From contig OZ024743.1 of the NCBI GenBank assembly GCA_964016885.1, positions 11,904,001-11,968,000 of the forward strand: a DNA stretch of 64,000 nt, written 5' to 3'. Origin of the DNA: Eledone cirrhosa (Eukaryota). The notes below the pieces were generated by a model that made no database searches, was not told the origin of the DNA, and saw nothing but the letters and a program-made list of their open reading frames with translations. This document shows, one piece after another, positions 39,843 through 54,316 of this stretch (the first letter of the stretch is position 1; the number at the start of each line of letters is the position of its first letter). A program made the translations under genes and the position numbers.

Positions 39843-39975
39843 TTCCCCACCACCACCCCACTCTCCAGAGCGTGAAATTAATAAACATTCGTTGTACTGC
39901 CACTCTGTTTTGTTCCTGTTCAAATTTTTCCATTATATATATACATGTATATATGTATGTATATATATATATATG

Positions 39976-40020
<45 letters not shown>

Positions 40021-40103
40021 ATATATATGTATATATATATGTATGTATATATATATATATATATATATATCATGTATATATATATATATATATACATGTA
40101 TAT

Positions 40104-40143
<40 letters not shown>

Positions 40144-40164
40144 ATATACATGTATATATGTATG

Positions 40165-40198
<34 letters not shown>

Positions 40199-40222
40199 CA
40201 TGTATATATATATATATATATG

Positions 40223-40327
<105 letters not shown>

Positions 40328-40400
40328 ATATATATATATGTATGTATATATATATATATATATGTATGTATATATATATATATATAAATGTATATATATA

Positions 40401-40575
40401 TATCTATCTATCTATCTAAGGCGGGTAAAATTCCCGAGATCCATGGACGAGTTCTCTCCAGCAGTCTCTGTCCCTCATTATCGCTGCCACGTCCTGCGTC
40501 TCCAACAGACCAGTGTCTGTCCTTAGGGCATCAACATATGTTAACCTTGGTCTTCCTCTTCCAGTGTGTCCATGC
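40401..40575 (-). mobile_element. 3' end of another RTE-type LINE with a (TAGA)n tail
   Basis: [23 protein letters not shown]...MRDRDCWR. A shorter copy lies at 61660-61752. Confidence 0.75.
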
Positions 40576-40577
40576 AT

Positions 40578-40623
<46 letters not shown>

Positions 40624-40630
40624 GTATATA

Positions 40631-40673
<43 letters not shown>

Positions 40674-40674
40674 G

Positions 40675-40747
<73 letters not shown>

Positions 40748-41028
40748 ATATATATATATATGTATGTATGTATATATATATATATATACATGTATATATA
40801 TATATATATGTATGTATGTATATATATATATATACATGTATATATATATATGTATGTATGTATATATATATATATACATGTATATATATATATATATGTA
40901 TGTATGTGTATATATATATATACATGTATATATATATATGTATGTATATATATATATATACATGTATATATATATATGTATGTATGTATATATATATATA
41001 TATATACATGTATATATATATATATATG

Positions 41029-41073
<45 letters not shown>

Positions 41074-41118
41074 ATATATATATGTATGTATGTATATATA
41101 TATATATACATGTGTTAT

Positions 41119-41726
41119 GTCAGGTCACCAGTTAGTGCTACTGGTAACATGTATCCCAGTACAACCTGTCCCATGGTCGGGTCGTTGGCGACTAAACTGG
41201 CAACCCCACCAGGGTTTCTTGGTGAGGAGGGTGACTTTGGACATCCTGCAGGACTAAAAACAAAACCTGTCAAAGGGTAAAGGAGCTCTTAAGAGTCAAT
41301 GGCCATCCAAAATCACTGGGAGAGATGACCCCTTAGCCTTCGTCAAGGCAGAATTCTAGGAGAAGGAAAACTCAGATATAACACCTGCAACCCTGATGGT
41401 ATCCAATGATGTTGACTTGTTCTTCTTTTTGGTAAATATCATCTTGGTTAAGAGAGTGGGACTGGCTTTGTGCAGTGCCTTTGCTCACTATAAAAGCTTC
41501 ACGGCACAGGCATTGCTTTGTATCTGGAGATTTCTCTGGACTTGTCGTCACATGGTACCATGGGCCCAGCACTATGTGTCAATAATTGTCACAGGTGTAG
41601 TGTTTGTACCAAAGTTTTCAAGTCGCTGGCTGGACTAAAAAGTCACACTCGTTCAGCGCATCGGTAAGGGTTCTCCTACATGGATATAAAGTAGTGGCCG
41701 TACTCGAAAACGAGTTGGCAGCCACC
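41119..41726 (+). mobile_element. RTE-derived 600-bp element, copy 3
   Basis: Matches 12426-13031. The finger reads [25 protein letters not shown]. (ATGT)n tail. Confidence 0.88.
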
Positions 41727-41761
41727 ATGTATGTATGTGTGTGCGCGTGTATGTGTGTGTC

Positions 41762-41831
<70 letters not shown>

Positions 41832-41945
41832 CGTGCATGTATGTATGTATGTAAGTATGTATGTATGTATGTATGTATGTATGTATGTATGTATGTATGT
41901 GTGAGAGATTGAATGTCTGCATACATTCATATGAGAAGTTATGTA

Positions 41946-42462
41946 TGGGAGAGATGACCCCTTAGCCTTTGTCAAGGCAGAATTCTAGGAGAAGGAAAAC
42001 TCTGATATAACACCTGCAACCCTGATGGTATCCAATGATGTTGACTTGTTCTTCTTTTTGGTAAATATCATCTTGGTTAAGAGAGTGGGACTGGCTTTGT
42101 GCAGTGCCTTTGCTCACTATAAAAGCTTCACGGCACAGGCATTGCTTTGTATCTGGAGATCTCTCTGCACTTGTCGTCACATGGTACCATGGGCCTAGCA
42201 CTATGTGTCAATGATTGTCAGAAGTGTAGTGTTTGTACCAGAGTTTTCAAGTCGCTGGATGGACTAAAAAGTCACACTCGTTCAGCGCATCGCTAGGGGT
42301 TCTCCTACATGGATATAAAGTAGTGGCCGTACTCGAAAACGAGTTGGCAGCCACCATGTATGTATGAATGTATGTATGTATGTATGTATGTATGTATGTA
42401 TGTATGTATGTATGTGTGAGAGATTGAATGTCTGCATACATTCATATGAGAAGTTATGTATG
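41946..42462 (+). mobile_element. Partial copy 4 of the RTE-derived element together with its downstream flank (local tandem duplication)
   Basis: The flank GTGAGAGATTGAATGTCTGCATACATTCATATGAGAAGTTATGTATG follows both copy 3 (about 41901) and copy 4 (about 42416). Confidence 0.85.
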
Positions 42463-43155
42463 AGCACGAATGGATAAACCGCTGAAATTAATGACAGATG
42501 AGTGCCGAAAGCTCTTGTTCATATTTGGCTGCGTTACTAAATTTAATGTAGATCAAAGGCATCAAATTAATACACATATTTAGCATCATACAAAATTCAG
42601 AGAACTACTTATGACTGTAAAACAATATTGCTTATATGAACTTATAAATTCACTTAGTAGTTTCGTATCTATGGCAACTGACGATTCTCAAAGCATCAGT
42701 GTAAAAGTTTTTTCCTGATTTTATTAACTTGAAAGGAATAATTATTTTTATCATATGTATAATTATAGTGTTAGGGGCCATCAACAGATACGTATATTAT
42801 TGAAAACAAAGTCTTGCCTCTACCTGCTTTATCGGTCTCAATAGAAATGACAGCTCTATGCCTTTCAGTCTGATCGTGCTTTGTTAAATAATGAAAGAAG
42901 ACATTCGTTAATGTCGTGTTACACCCCCTCCTAAAATGGTAATTGGTTTGCTCATCAGAATGGATCGAGATTTAAACACCACCATTTCTACCACCAACAC
43001 CCCCACCTCCAACAACAACAATGACGACGACAACCACAGTAGCAACAACAACCACAACAGAGTGCCTTTGTGATGGTAACTCATATTATATCCATACAAC
43101 TATTTTACTACTGTTTGCTTTCCTATGTACCCAATATATATATATATGCGCGCGC

Positions 43156-43191
<36 letters not shown>

Positions 43192-43477
43192 GTGTATATG
43201 TATTAATGTATGTATGTGTATATGTGTGTATATATGTGTTTGTGTATGTAAGTGTACGTTTTTATATATATGTGTATATGTATGTATGTATGCGTACATA
43301 TATATATATGTATATATGTATGTGTGTGTAAGTATGCTTTTGGGTTTTTTGTGTGTGTTTGCATGCGTAGTTTTATTTTATTTTATTTTTCCTTTCCTTC
43401 TCCCTTCTCCAGCCTCACTTTCATATAGATTGCATTTTTGTTTTTGTAATCCAAATTCAATAAACAAACCAGGATTT

Positions 43478-43537
43478 TTCCGTTCTGAGGATTGAAAGCA
43501 AAACCTTTTGCTTTTAAGAAACCACTGGTAAATGGAA
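43478..43537 (+). ncRNA. Complete type I hammerhead ribozyme motif (solo)
   Basis: TTCCGTT-CTGAGGA-TTGAAAGCAAA-acct-TTTGCTTTTAA-GAAA-CC-act-GG-TA-AATGGAA: 7-bp stem I, 11-bp stem II, 3-bp stem III, GUA site. Confidence 0.8.
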
Positions 43538-43636
43538 TAATTGCCTTATGTTGTTTATTACATAATAATAATAATTAAGCTCTGTTGCCTACATAGAGCA
43601 CTCTTTTTTCCTGGACTTTTCCGATGGAATTACTTC

Positions 43637-43670
<34 letters not shown>

Positions 43671-44279
43671 AATGACTGCAACAGCAATTGCTTTCAAAAT
43701 CGAGTCAATCTTGAGATATGATTGGAATCAGGTTTCCTTCCAGAAATGGCTACCTGTTGTATTTTAAGCATTAAAATCTATAATGGCATGGTTCATTCGT
43801 GCCATTTTATGTAAATTTCCTTCTGTTAATATCAGTTACACTACTCCATGTACTGTGTACTTACAGAACAAGTCATCATAAAATCGTTTGGAGTGGAAAC
43901 TACTACGGTCAAATATATGGTCCTATATCTATTTCACAAAATATCATGGTATATTGATATCATGGAAATATTGTAAAAGTTCGCAAATTCCTAATAAAAT
44001 ATATCATTGAAAGAAATCAGCTGAAAAGGAAATGAATTCACATCAACTTGTGACAGTTAATTCTTATTTGCATTCCACATTCATTAATTAAAGTTGGAAA
44101 TGATTTAGATATTAGAGCAGAGGGTTAAATGGTTTTAGTGATTTAATTTCGTTTGCCACAACTCTACATTAATCTGCGTTTTATACTTCCACCGGAAGAT
44201 GTAGATACAATAAAACATTCCTAAATATACTGGGAACCGAATAACGAAATTTACTTTTCTTCTTACAAAATTAATCTCG

Positions 44280-44545
44280 TGCCAACAAGTGAACCCGAAA
44301 CAACTAAGAAATCTCTTTATGGTTACAGGAAGCAATATCCAAATCTCTTTCATATTTTACAATGCCGTCTCAAAGGGTGGAAGAACAATTTGGATAATGT
44401 ATTCCTAGGTATACTATGTGACGGTCATTATTGCGGCGAGAACTCCCAGACCATAGCCCACATCCTCCGTGGGTGCTCACTGGGACCCACATGCTCCGAC
44501 CAAGACCCGAGGGAAGCAAACGACGCTGCACTTCAATAGATACGG
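44280..44545 (+). mobile_element. RTEX-like LINE C-terminal zinc-finger fragment
   Basis: W...LCDGHYCGENSQTIAHILRGCSLGPTCSDQD...A resembles the CxCGxxQTxxHIxxxC terminal motif. Confidence 0.55.
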
Positions 44546-44939
44546 CACTGGTGCAACAAGATATGATGATGACGATTATTGTAGCGCCTTTAAACACAGG
44601 TCTACTTCATTGGGGATTACTGAGTACTAAACAGCATTAACAACAACAGCCAACTTACGTCTATGAAATGTAAATATTTCCTTTCAGAGACTTTCTCAGT
44701 TCATCATACTACTTTTTGCCGCTTACCACTATGTTTTGTTTATGAGCTATATCATTCTGTATAAGTTCAGGATGCAAATATATCTTAATTCAGAAATTCC
44801 ACTCTTTCTTTCTCCCCCATCTCTGTTAAAACCTAATTCAATACTGCAAGCCCACGAAACACTTGTAGAATTTTGTTACCGTGTTGCCGTGGCCAAAATA
44901 CATCCGACTTGCAGTATTTGATAGATGAGATAGGGTCAT

Positions 44940-45650
44940 CTGCAGCCAGTATTGGTCTCCACATCAGTATCCAGTGTCAAAAAGACCAAGAACATGGTAT
45001 TCGCCCATCACCAACAATGTCTGCATCAATCAGGAGGATGTGGAGGTCGTGAACGACTTCACATACCTCGGAAGCTCTATCAACAGAAGTGGAGATATCG
45101 TGAAAGAAATTAATTAGAGAATAGGCAAAGCTTTGGCTCTCTTTAAGTAACTCAACAAGATCTGGAGAAGCAGAAAAGTTTTTGGCTTGGGACCAAGATG
45201 AGATTTTATAATAGCATTGGGCTTTCAACGCTCCTATAGGGGTGCGAAAAGTGGAGTGTGAAGACCAACTAAAAGAACAAATAAGATGCTTTTGACATCT
45301 AATGCCTACGCAAAATCCTTGGTATCAGGTGAGATGACTTCAGCACCAACAAGGACGTCCGTCAGCAAACTCACCAGCAACGTGTGTCTAACATCATGTC
45401 CAAGCAGCGACATGGCTGGTTGGGACAGGTCACACGAGTCACAAGCGACAGATGCTAATCAGGTCCGGTATTAATACCCTCCATGGAAAGAGGTGAAAAG
45501 GTTGTCCCAAGATGAACTGGCAGCAGACAATCGACAGGGACCTGAAACTAATCAACAAAAGTTGGAACGATGCATTGATAGATGCAACTGACAAGTGGCC
45601 ATTGGAGCACTTTGGTTTCCTCGTGCGTCTGAAAACACGGGAGCTTCTAA
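44940..45650 (+). mobile_element. Degenerate RTE-clade LINE 3' fragment
   Basis: Reads EVVNDFTYLGS, RRIGKA, LNKIWRSRK and TKMRFYNS, with stops and frameshifts. Confidence 0.75.
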
Positions 45651-46283
45651 ACAACGTTCTCGTATCTACTTAGAGTTGCGTATGAATTTAACCATTGAAA
45701 TCCAAATGTCTTACCTATAAACAACAAAATAGTATCGCTGACACGACTATCGACATAAACAGTGACAGTATTTGGCGTAATAAATTCTAAAAAAAATCAA
45801 TATTAAAAAAAGGGGAAAAAGAAATGAAAAAAGTATTTCATGAAACGAAAATAAAATAAAGCACAATTCAATTCAATAGAACTTTCTAGAGAGAGGTTTA
45901 GAATCAAATTTACATACGGCTGTTGCTATTTTCATCAACCAACAATTTCCCCTTCAGTCTCTCAAGCAAGAACATTTCTTGGCTATTTGTGTTAGGTGAT
46001 CATCAGAGCATTAATGAATCTTAGATTTTAAATTTTAATAATTACAACTTCATTCCTGTTGTCACCTGCCGGCTATTATTTGTGAACCTATTTAGAGGAA
46101 TGTCGATTTGAACATGTACAGAGAAAGGTGGCTTTATTACTAGGAATATGAGAAACATTGAGAGAGCGTTAATCAAAGGAGTAACGTATAAAGCAAATAG
46201 TAATGGTGAGGATGATGATGACAATGATGATGATATAGCAGTACAAGAAACCCTAGTACGAGCAATAAACAGTAACAACAACA

Positions 46284-46343
46284 TTATTATCATCCTCATC
46301 ACCATCATCAAGATCATATCATCATCATCACCACCATCATCAT

Positions 46344-46385
<42 letters not shown>

Positions 46386-46418
46386 CATCATCCTCATCAT
46401 CATCATCATCATCATCAT
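46284..46418. repeat. (ATC)n microsatellite; (ACT)n at about 46600-46645
   Basis: Direct inspection. Confidence 0.95.
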
Positions 46419-46600
46419 GAGGAAAATCACATTTCAAGCTGTTAAGATATATTTGTTCTATCCGAATAATTATTTAGGACTACTTATTGTGTTCTTATGG
46501 ATAGCAAAACCGAGATTTGAAGGAGTTCTATGTAACTAAAGTTTTATTCCTCTTCTTTTCCCCTTTTCCTCTTCTCCAGACGACAACAACCACAACAATA

Positions 46601-46645
<45 letters not shown>

Positions 46646-46707
46646 GTTGCTGCTAATACATTTACTGCTGCTGCTGACGTTTGATTGAGAGGATTAACAC
46701 TAGACAT

Positions 46708-47215
46708 TAATTATTTCTACTTTTGGCACAAGGCCAGCAATTACCCAGTGCATTACTGGTACTTTATTTTATCGACCCCGTAAGGATGAAAGGCAAAGTT
46801 AACCTCGGCGGGATTTGAACTCAGACCGTAAAGGGCCGTAACTCTATGCTGCAAAGCATGGTGTCTGACGCTCTATCGATACTGCCAATCCACCACCTAA
46901 CACTAGAAATTAATTGTTTCTACTTTTGGCACAAGGCCAGCAATTATCCCAGTGCATTACTGGTACTTTATTTTAACGACCCCAGAAATTAATTGTTTCT
47001 ACTTTAGGCACAAGGCCAGCAATTACCCAGTGCATTACTGGTACTTTATTTTATCGACCCCGTAAGGATGAAAGGCAAAGTCAACCTCGGCGGGATTTGA
47101 ACTCAGATGATAAATGGACGTAACTATGCTGGAAAGCATGGTGTCTGACCCTCTACCTATACTGCCAATCCACCGTCTGACCCTCTACCTATACTGCCAA
47201 TCCAACGACCCCAGA
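46708..47215 (-). mobile_element. Cluster of SINE family 1 copies (two full, one partial, and a local 30-bp duplication)
   Basis: Repeated AATTGTTTCTACTTT.GGCACAAGGCCAGCAATTACCCAGTGCATTACTGGTAC...GATTTGAACTCAGA...ACTGCCAATCCACC. Confidence 0.85.
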
Positions 47216-47377
47216 AATTAATACCACATAATTAGACAATCCCCTTCTGTACGTCCTTTTCCTAAATTTATTTTCCTTTACATCATTATGATCACCATTA
47301 GCAGCAACAACAGCATCTTTCGCCACATCAACATGATCCCTTTCCTCTTCTTTTCATTATCAATATCGTAATTATGC

Positions 47378-47588
47378 CGGTGGATTGGCAGTATCGGTAG
47401 AATCGGACAACATGCTTTGCAACATAGAGCTACGGTCCTTTACGGTCTGAGTTCAAATCCCGCCGAGGTTAACTTTGCCTTTCATCCTTACGGGGGTCGA
47501 TAAAATAAAGTATCAGTAACGTACTGGGTAGATTTAATTGATCCTCCTCGGCCCCCAAATTACTGGCCTTGTGCCTATACTAGAAATC
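47378..47588 (+). mobile_element. SINE family 1 copy, inverted relative to the 46.7-47.2 kb cluster
   Basis: GGTGGATTGGCAGTATCGGTAGA...GAGTTCAAATCCCGCCGAGGTTAACTTTGCCTTTCATCC. Confidence 0.85.
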
Positions 47589-50500
47589 ATTATCATCATC
47601 GTAATCGCTGTCGCAAAGGCTGTCGTCGTCACCACGGCAACTATTAAGACGAAGTTTCGACGTATTGCATTCTTGCGACTGTCGAGTCTATTTCTGTACT
47701 CCTGTAGATTTTGATGGTGGCCACAAAAGAGGCGGGTAAGGGAAAGCCGGTCGCATCTCTTCATAGCGTTGACTGTCTGCATTCAATGCAGTGTTTTCAG
47801 TTAATGAAACTATTGATGATGCATCCATTTGTATGTTTATGGAGAGATAAGGTTTCTAGGACGATATTTTAATAGTATTCTCTGGTGTTGCATATGTTTT
47901 TATGCGTTTAGGCTTGACTTTCATATAGTAACACGAGCGACGAGGGTTAAGGGTTACGGTAACAATGCACTTTACTCCTTTTATGAGGTCTTTCAGTTTT
48001 AGTATTTTTTCAATCGTAGCGAAATTCTCAAAGGTAAAACAGCGGATTTTCAACTCTAGTTTAAAGTAGCTATCATAAAACATACGGCTATTTTAAGCCA
48101 AGAGTCTATTGAGATTTATTCATTTACGGCGTTATTCATTCTGTTGGTCTCTGCCAGGTAATAATTTGAAAAACGATCTCGAACAAAAGAAAGCAGACTA
48201 CACATACACTACCACACGTATTTTGTATTAAACATTCTGAAACATCAACCATAGATTTTGTTTACGAGTCGAAGCAATCGCTTTTAACCTAAGTGATAAA
48301 TGTTTACATTGTAATCGAAGAGTTGTTATATTTAATGTGTTTGTTCTTTCTTTAAATATCTAACCACTTCCACACCAACAGACACATTTAATATCGCTTC
48401 GTGGTAAATGAACTATGAGAGTGGTCTGTGTGCAACTGGTGATGATGTAAAGTACATTGTTTAATGTTCTTTGAAGTTTATTGTAGTATATGGGAGACTG
48501 TGGACTCAGTCAAGGTTGATATATTTCATGATGAATCTTATGTGTTTTTTGTACATAATTGTTATTGTTTCTGCCTATTGGTCAGATGTGTTATCTCTGA
48601 GTTTTCTTTACATCTATGTGGGCTGTAAATTTCGTGGCGGCATTGTTTGTAACACTTAGTATTTTTATCTTATGTGTGTGTGGAGGGATGTGATAATTAT
48701 GTGTATTTGTGTGGGGAGTGTAAAAATGTTGTGTTTGTAGGAGGACTATAACAATTATGTGTGTTTGTGTGCGAGGGGTGACTATAACAATTATGTGTTT
48801 GTATGTGAAAGGGGAGAGAGAATATAATAATTTTGTGTGTGATAGATGGCCTATTTCATGTTCGCTGGTGTTTCTAGGAGGAAAGGGTGTGGTAGGTGCT
48901 ACTTTAAGTCTCTAAGAGGGGTTAAAAACTTTACTGATGTTGATGGCAGTTAGTAGATTGGAGATTGTTATTGTTGAAGCAGCCATACAGCCTTTGTATT
49001 AGAATGGTCAGCAGTGTTGAATTTGAGTGTAGGATTCTGAAGCCATGCGATTTGAAGAGAAGAATGAGTGGTTGACTGTCAGGAGTATATATCAAGCCGT
49101 TGGTTTAATTCACTCGGTGATTGCATTATTTAGAACTCTAAATATAATCACAGTTGAATGATCTATTTTTTCTAGCTAATACACTGAACAGAATCCTACA
49201 TTTATTTCTATATACCATATACTCAGATCCAATGCAGTCGGCTATATCTGTTATATAGGTTGTGCATTTAAACGTATTCGATTCGTATCCATGATATTTT
49301 ATACCTACACTTAGTAAAGGATATCAATATCTCCAAATGATTTTACCAGTGACTGTAATACCTTTACTTGTGATTATTATACTTCTGTTGAAGCAACTGA
49401 AATAACTAAAAGCTTTTTCTACACAATGTCTCATCAATCTTCACCAAATTCTAATAATATAGCATTAATAGCATTCTCGCTTCATTTCGACTGTCAGATT
49501 AATGCCGATGTATTCTGCAGATCCATTGAAATTTCTATTACTATGCTACATCACCACATTATTTATTTTGATATAGTTGCAGCTATAAAATCTAGCGTGT
49601 ATACTGCATCATTTGGTGTAGTTCACATTTCTTAGTAGTATTAGCCATACAATTTAAAGTCAGTTACGGGCAAATTGAATTTTGCGATCCCATCTCGATT
49701 CTCGATTGAAGCTATGCTACTTTACTTAACAATGTCGATGGATCCTGCATCGGTTTCAACGATGTGCATTCGGTTGTCCGATCATCTAAATGCCATTCTC
49801 GTTAAATTAACTTGCCCGTAATAACTTAACGTATTTCTCAGGATGAGTAACAGAATTTGACGTGTGGACATTTGAATTACAGAATAAATACATCCGATGG
49901 CTTCCATGCAATTTTCACTCACTCAGTTTCACTTACAGTGAATCAAACCCAGAACCTCATAAGTGCGAAGCAGATAGTTTAGCCACTTAGCCATACTTGC
50001 GTCTTCACCCCCATGCCACACAAACACTTTAAGTCGTTTATAGAAGCTGTTTAAATCACGTTAGCGATGACATTATATGCGAAATAGAAAACAACAATCT
50101 CTGATGACAAATGTGAATTTTTTAAATAAAGAGAATAAGGAGATAACACGTTTCTGGTTTACAAAGTGTATGTTTGTGAACGATTTCGTCCTCCACAGCA
50201 GTAGCCTTTGTGTACGTTGTCTACGATGCCTGTGTGTAATAAAAGCATAATGATGAAGAATGAAAATAACTTTCATTATAGGCGTCTCTCATGTAACAGT
50301 GGGCCAGTATAAAAATGATTTATTACATGTACTGTTGAGTGTTTGACCTTAGGTTATCAGACATTAATCAATGTATAACAAGTTGTATCAACCGCAGCAA
50401 GGTGAGAGAATGACTTTCATACCTATTCCCGAAGCATTAACTGATGATATTTCTAAATTTCTGTGTTGAATGATTTCAATTTTCTGCATAACCAACCAAA

Positions 50501-50842
50501 TATCTCGAGGCTTTTGTATTCGGTAGTTAAATAGGGAGTTTCTATCCGTCAAATATCCAGTCGTAATTAGGCACCCTATTGCTATACGTTCGTTTATACT
50601 GGACTCGTTTAAACTCAGAATCCTTATGGACAGTTTAGACGGTACTAAACACTGTTCAATGGCTTATAGAATATTTAAATGATTAGACCATTAGCCGATT
50701 AAGTGAAATAGCTCTAATTAGGAATTGAGCCTCTGACTGTGGACTATATTCACCATAATCTTATCATATACAGCACTGCCTACTTCATACCACAGCATAT
50801 TATGCTATGATAATTCGCTACATAATATCTCAATTCGCTAAA

Positions 50843-51031
50843 TAATTGTTTCTACTTTAGGCACAAGGCCAGCAATTACCCAGTGCATTACTGGTACTTT
50901 ATTTTATCGACCCCGTAAGGATGAAAGGCAAAATCAACCTCGGCGGGATTTGAACTCAGATCGTAAAGGGACGTAACTATGCTGGAAAGCATGGCGTCCG
51001 ACATTCTACCGATACTGCCAATCCACCGCCC
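50843..51031 (-). mobile_element. SINE family 1 copy with a probable target-site duplication
   Basis: Full copy. AATTCGCTAAATAAT occurs on both sides (about 50832 and 51034). Confidence 0.85.
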
Positions 51032-52614
51032 TAATTCGCTAAATAATATCGCAAAGCTCTCATGTCTAAATATTTGAACACGATGATTCCTGGAAAGTGG
51101 CTGTTATCTTTGTTTCAATGTGGCCAGCCTCGGCTCAAAGGCATTTCAACGATGAATGACCTATTTTCTCTTGGGGGGGGGGGGGGGGTTAAGGCATCCC
51201 GGGTCATATTACCCAACGTGTCGTTTTGGCTTTTGACAGTAGGGCGTGACATGAAGAAGATTTGGCTGCTATTTCTCGCAGGTAGATCTCTTACGTAGAA
51301 GATTCAAGTAAGCTAAAGTGTTGAAACACGTCAATTGCATTATTTTTCATATACTATTAGATATCAAAATAAATGTTTGTTTGCATTATAACGCCTAACT
51401 GCTATTCGAGGAAGGAAGACAGTTAGGCCTCATAAGGGATTGGCTAGGAATATAGTACAAACATTCCATGGTTAACTCGATACAGTAATTTTGTTCGATG
51501 CACTAACGATTCTGTTAAATCGCCGCCTTTGAACCTTCAGAAATTCAAATATTCTTAGGAACGGAGGAGAAATAAAAGTAATGAGCACTTCCTTCTCTAT
51601 TCCTGACTAATTAAATAATTTCTCACATAAGCACAAGGCTAGCAATTTGAGGAACGGGAAAAAATGATTTAAGCTGACCCCAGCGCTCAACTGGTACTTT
51701 ATTTCATCGATGAAAGGGAAAGTTGGTCTCTATTGGATTTGAACTCAGAACGAAAAGAGCCATAATTAATAATTGTTTCTAAATTTGCATATATTGAAAA
51801 AATATTTCAGGGCAAACATTTAGGAGAGATAAGCTGATGAAATCGACTCTAATACTTGACTGGTACTTTATTTTATCGACCCTAGAGTTATAATTGACCT
51901 CTCGTCAGTAATCATTAAATACAAAAGTCATGATGTCCCTCAAGGTTTACTTCATGGCTTCCATGCTCACCACACCGTTACAACATTACAAGAAATAAAA
52001 AAAATATTGATGGCGAAAAACATAGTAGCATATATATTTCTAACATTTAAAAAAATAAAATTCCGGATTTGTAAAGATGGAGTTATATTCGATTACACGA
52101 ACAGCACTACATGATAGATTTATTCTATTAGCCTCCGAGCAATGAAAGATGAAGTGGACATCCGATTTGAAAAGTACGAACAGAAATATTTGAAGGTATT
52201 AATGTTCTTTATCTTTTCTGTCATTCTGTCAGCTAAGATGATTGCAATGTCTGGCCTACAGAGTTTTTCTGTCTTTTCTCTGTATTTTTTCTGTCCTGTC
52301 TTTTCTACCGTTATTGTAGTGGTCTCTGCTTCTCGGAGCTATTTAGCATTGAGCCACCTCCACTCAATCCTTCTTGGCCCTCCCATATCTCATCTTTGTC
52401 ATCTATATTTTGTTAACAGCAGACCCCTCAATAACCAGCATAGCCAGCCCTTCTACAGAACAACCCCAACAAAATTCCCTCGATGCTATTTTTTTTTGTC
52501 CAACAGCCGTTATCTTGCAGCTATTTAAGAGGAATCCAATCCAATATAAATATAATGGTACACATATTCACATATCTAGATTTTGTGACAAACCATTGAC
52601 ACAACATGTAAGTT

Positions 52615-53345
52615 AGGACAGAATTGGCAGAGTATGAGAAAAATGTATTTACGTCTCTGCACGTTTTGCGTTCAAATGCTGCCGGAATAGATTTTACTAT
52701 TCATTTTTCATAATTGATAAAGTAGGTAACAAACAAATAACATAATCGATTTAATCATTTGTTTCCTCCCACAATATATTTTGTCTTGTGCCAAAGTTAG
52801 AAATCAATAGGCCAACAAATTGATAAAATTGATACAGTACCAGACAAAACAATGTGTAGTATTTAACTTTTCCGTTTTCTTTTCTAATTTCAAGATGGAA
52901 AATTGGTTGAGTCATTGGAGTGTAGGAAATACTACTTACGGTGTTTGTTTTGGCAGTCTGCGCTTTGAATTCAAATCTCATCGAGGTCACCTTTGCATTT
53001 TATCATTTCGGGGACGATAAAATGAAGTAACAGTCCAAAGCGGTGGATTGGTAGAATTGTTATAGCGTCAAACAAAATACGTTACAGGTCTTTACATTCT
53101 AAGTTCAAATCCTGTGGTCAACTTTGCCTTCGTGCTTTCTGGCTTGATAAAATAGAGTTTCAATCCAGGGCGGTAGATTGTCGGAATATTTAGAACGTCA
53201 AAGAAAATGCTTGCAGTATTTTGTTACGGATCTTTGCATTCTGGGTTCAAATTACGACGAGGTTAACTTTACCTTTCATCTCTTCTTGGTCGATAAAATA
53301 GATTACCAGTCCTTGCGGTATTTGTTCGGGCTCTTTGCGTTTTGA
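52615..53345 (+). mobile_element. Array of older, diverged SINE family 1 relatives
   Basis: Several GGTGGATTGG/GAATTGGCAG heads with GTTCAAAT B-boxes and AACTTT(G/A)CCTT...GATAAAAT bodies. Confidence 0.65.
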
Positions 53346-54241
53346 GATCTTGGGTGGTAATCCGTAGCCTGTTTTAACAATACAACTTAATTCTTGGGTG
53401 CCTTAAACGGAGTTCGCTCTATTGCAAGTTTTTGAATCAGGTCTCCAGTTTGAGATTAACTTCCTCCTATGTCCCCACTAGTCTCTGGGGTTGTGAATAA
53501 ATAAAGGGTCATAACCTTCGGCCTTCTTTTCCTGTTTAAGCTGTAAATAAATGTCCAAAGTTAAAGCCTACCGGAATCAACTTTACCATTAATTCGGAAT
53601 GTTTTTTCCTATGTAGTCAGGAATTCAACAGCAATGCCGAAGACTCTTCCCTGGGAGCCTGAGACTGGTGGGAAGGAGGCCAGAATGCTTACAACAAAGT
53701 TAACTCCACTAAAAGTACCCTAGGGACCGGATGGTGCTGTTAAAACGAGCAATGGATTAAGTCTGCCACCAAAAGTTAAGTCTACTTCCTAGGGTCAGTA
53801 GAATAAGGGCCTGTCTAGTATCGGGGAAGGAGTATATATGATCAACTATCCCTCCATTAAATGTGAAGCATTTCGTTAATGTTAGAAATCAATATCCATT
53901 AGGAGTCGAAGGTATATATATGGAAGACAAAATATGGCATCTTTTTCTCATTCCTGCAATAAATATAACCTTGTTTTTATTGTTTTTTCTTATTTTCTCT
54001 TTATTCACCGGATTTTGTTACGAGGTAGCTTATACCCGGATGATAAATGATCGATATCGGATGCCATTTCTTCTTTTTTTCTCTCTCTCCCTCTCTCATT
54101 CCCTCTCTCTCCTCTCTCTCTCTCATATTACTTTCTCCCTCCATATTTCTCTTTCTTTCTTACTTCCTTTCTTTAATTGTTTCCTCCTTATTCTCTTAGT
54201 CTTTCTGTCATTCTCATACTCATACACACCGTGTATATATG

Positions 54242-54312
<71 letters not shown>

Positions 54313-54316
<4 letters not shown>

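Larger units (their letters stand above)
33295..39933 (+). mobile_element. Penelope-like element (Neptune-like) in partial tandem form: 3' repeat 33295-35212, body, 3' repeat 38087-39933
   Basis: About 1.85-kb direct repeats that start inside the GIY-YIG domain, each with an HHR and AATAAA. An RT-EN ORF lies between them. Both flanks are TA arrays. Confidence 0.92.

Noticed and set aside
46708-47215. Repeated blocks resembling a CRISPR array
   Set aside because: They are SINE copies of irregular length in eukaryotic DNA, with no cas genes and no unique spacers.
53360-53880. Possible highly decayed L1/Tx1 fragment (and RTE-like traces at 49180-49450)
   Set aside because: Only faint motif hints are visible, which cannot be supported without a profile search.
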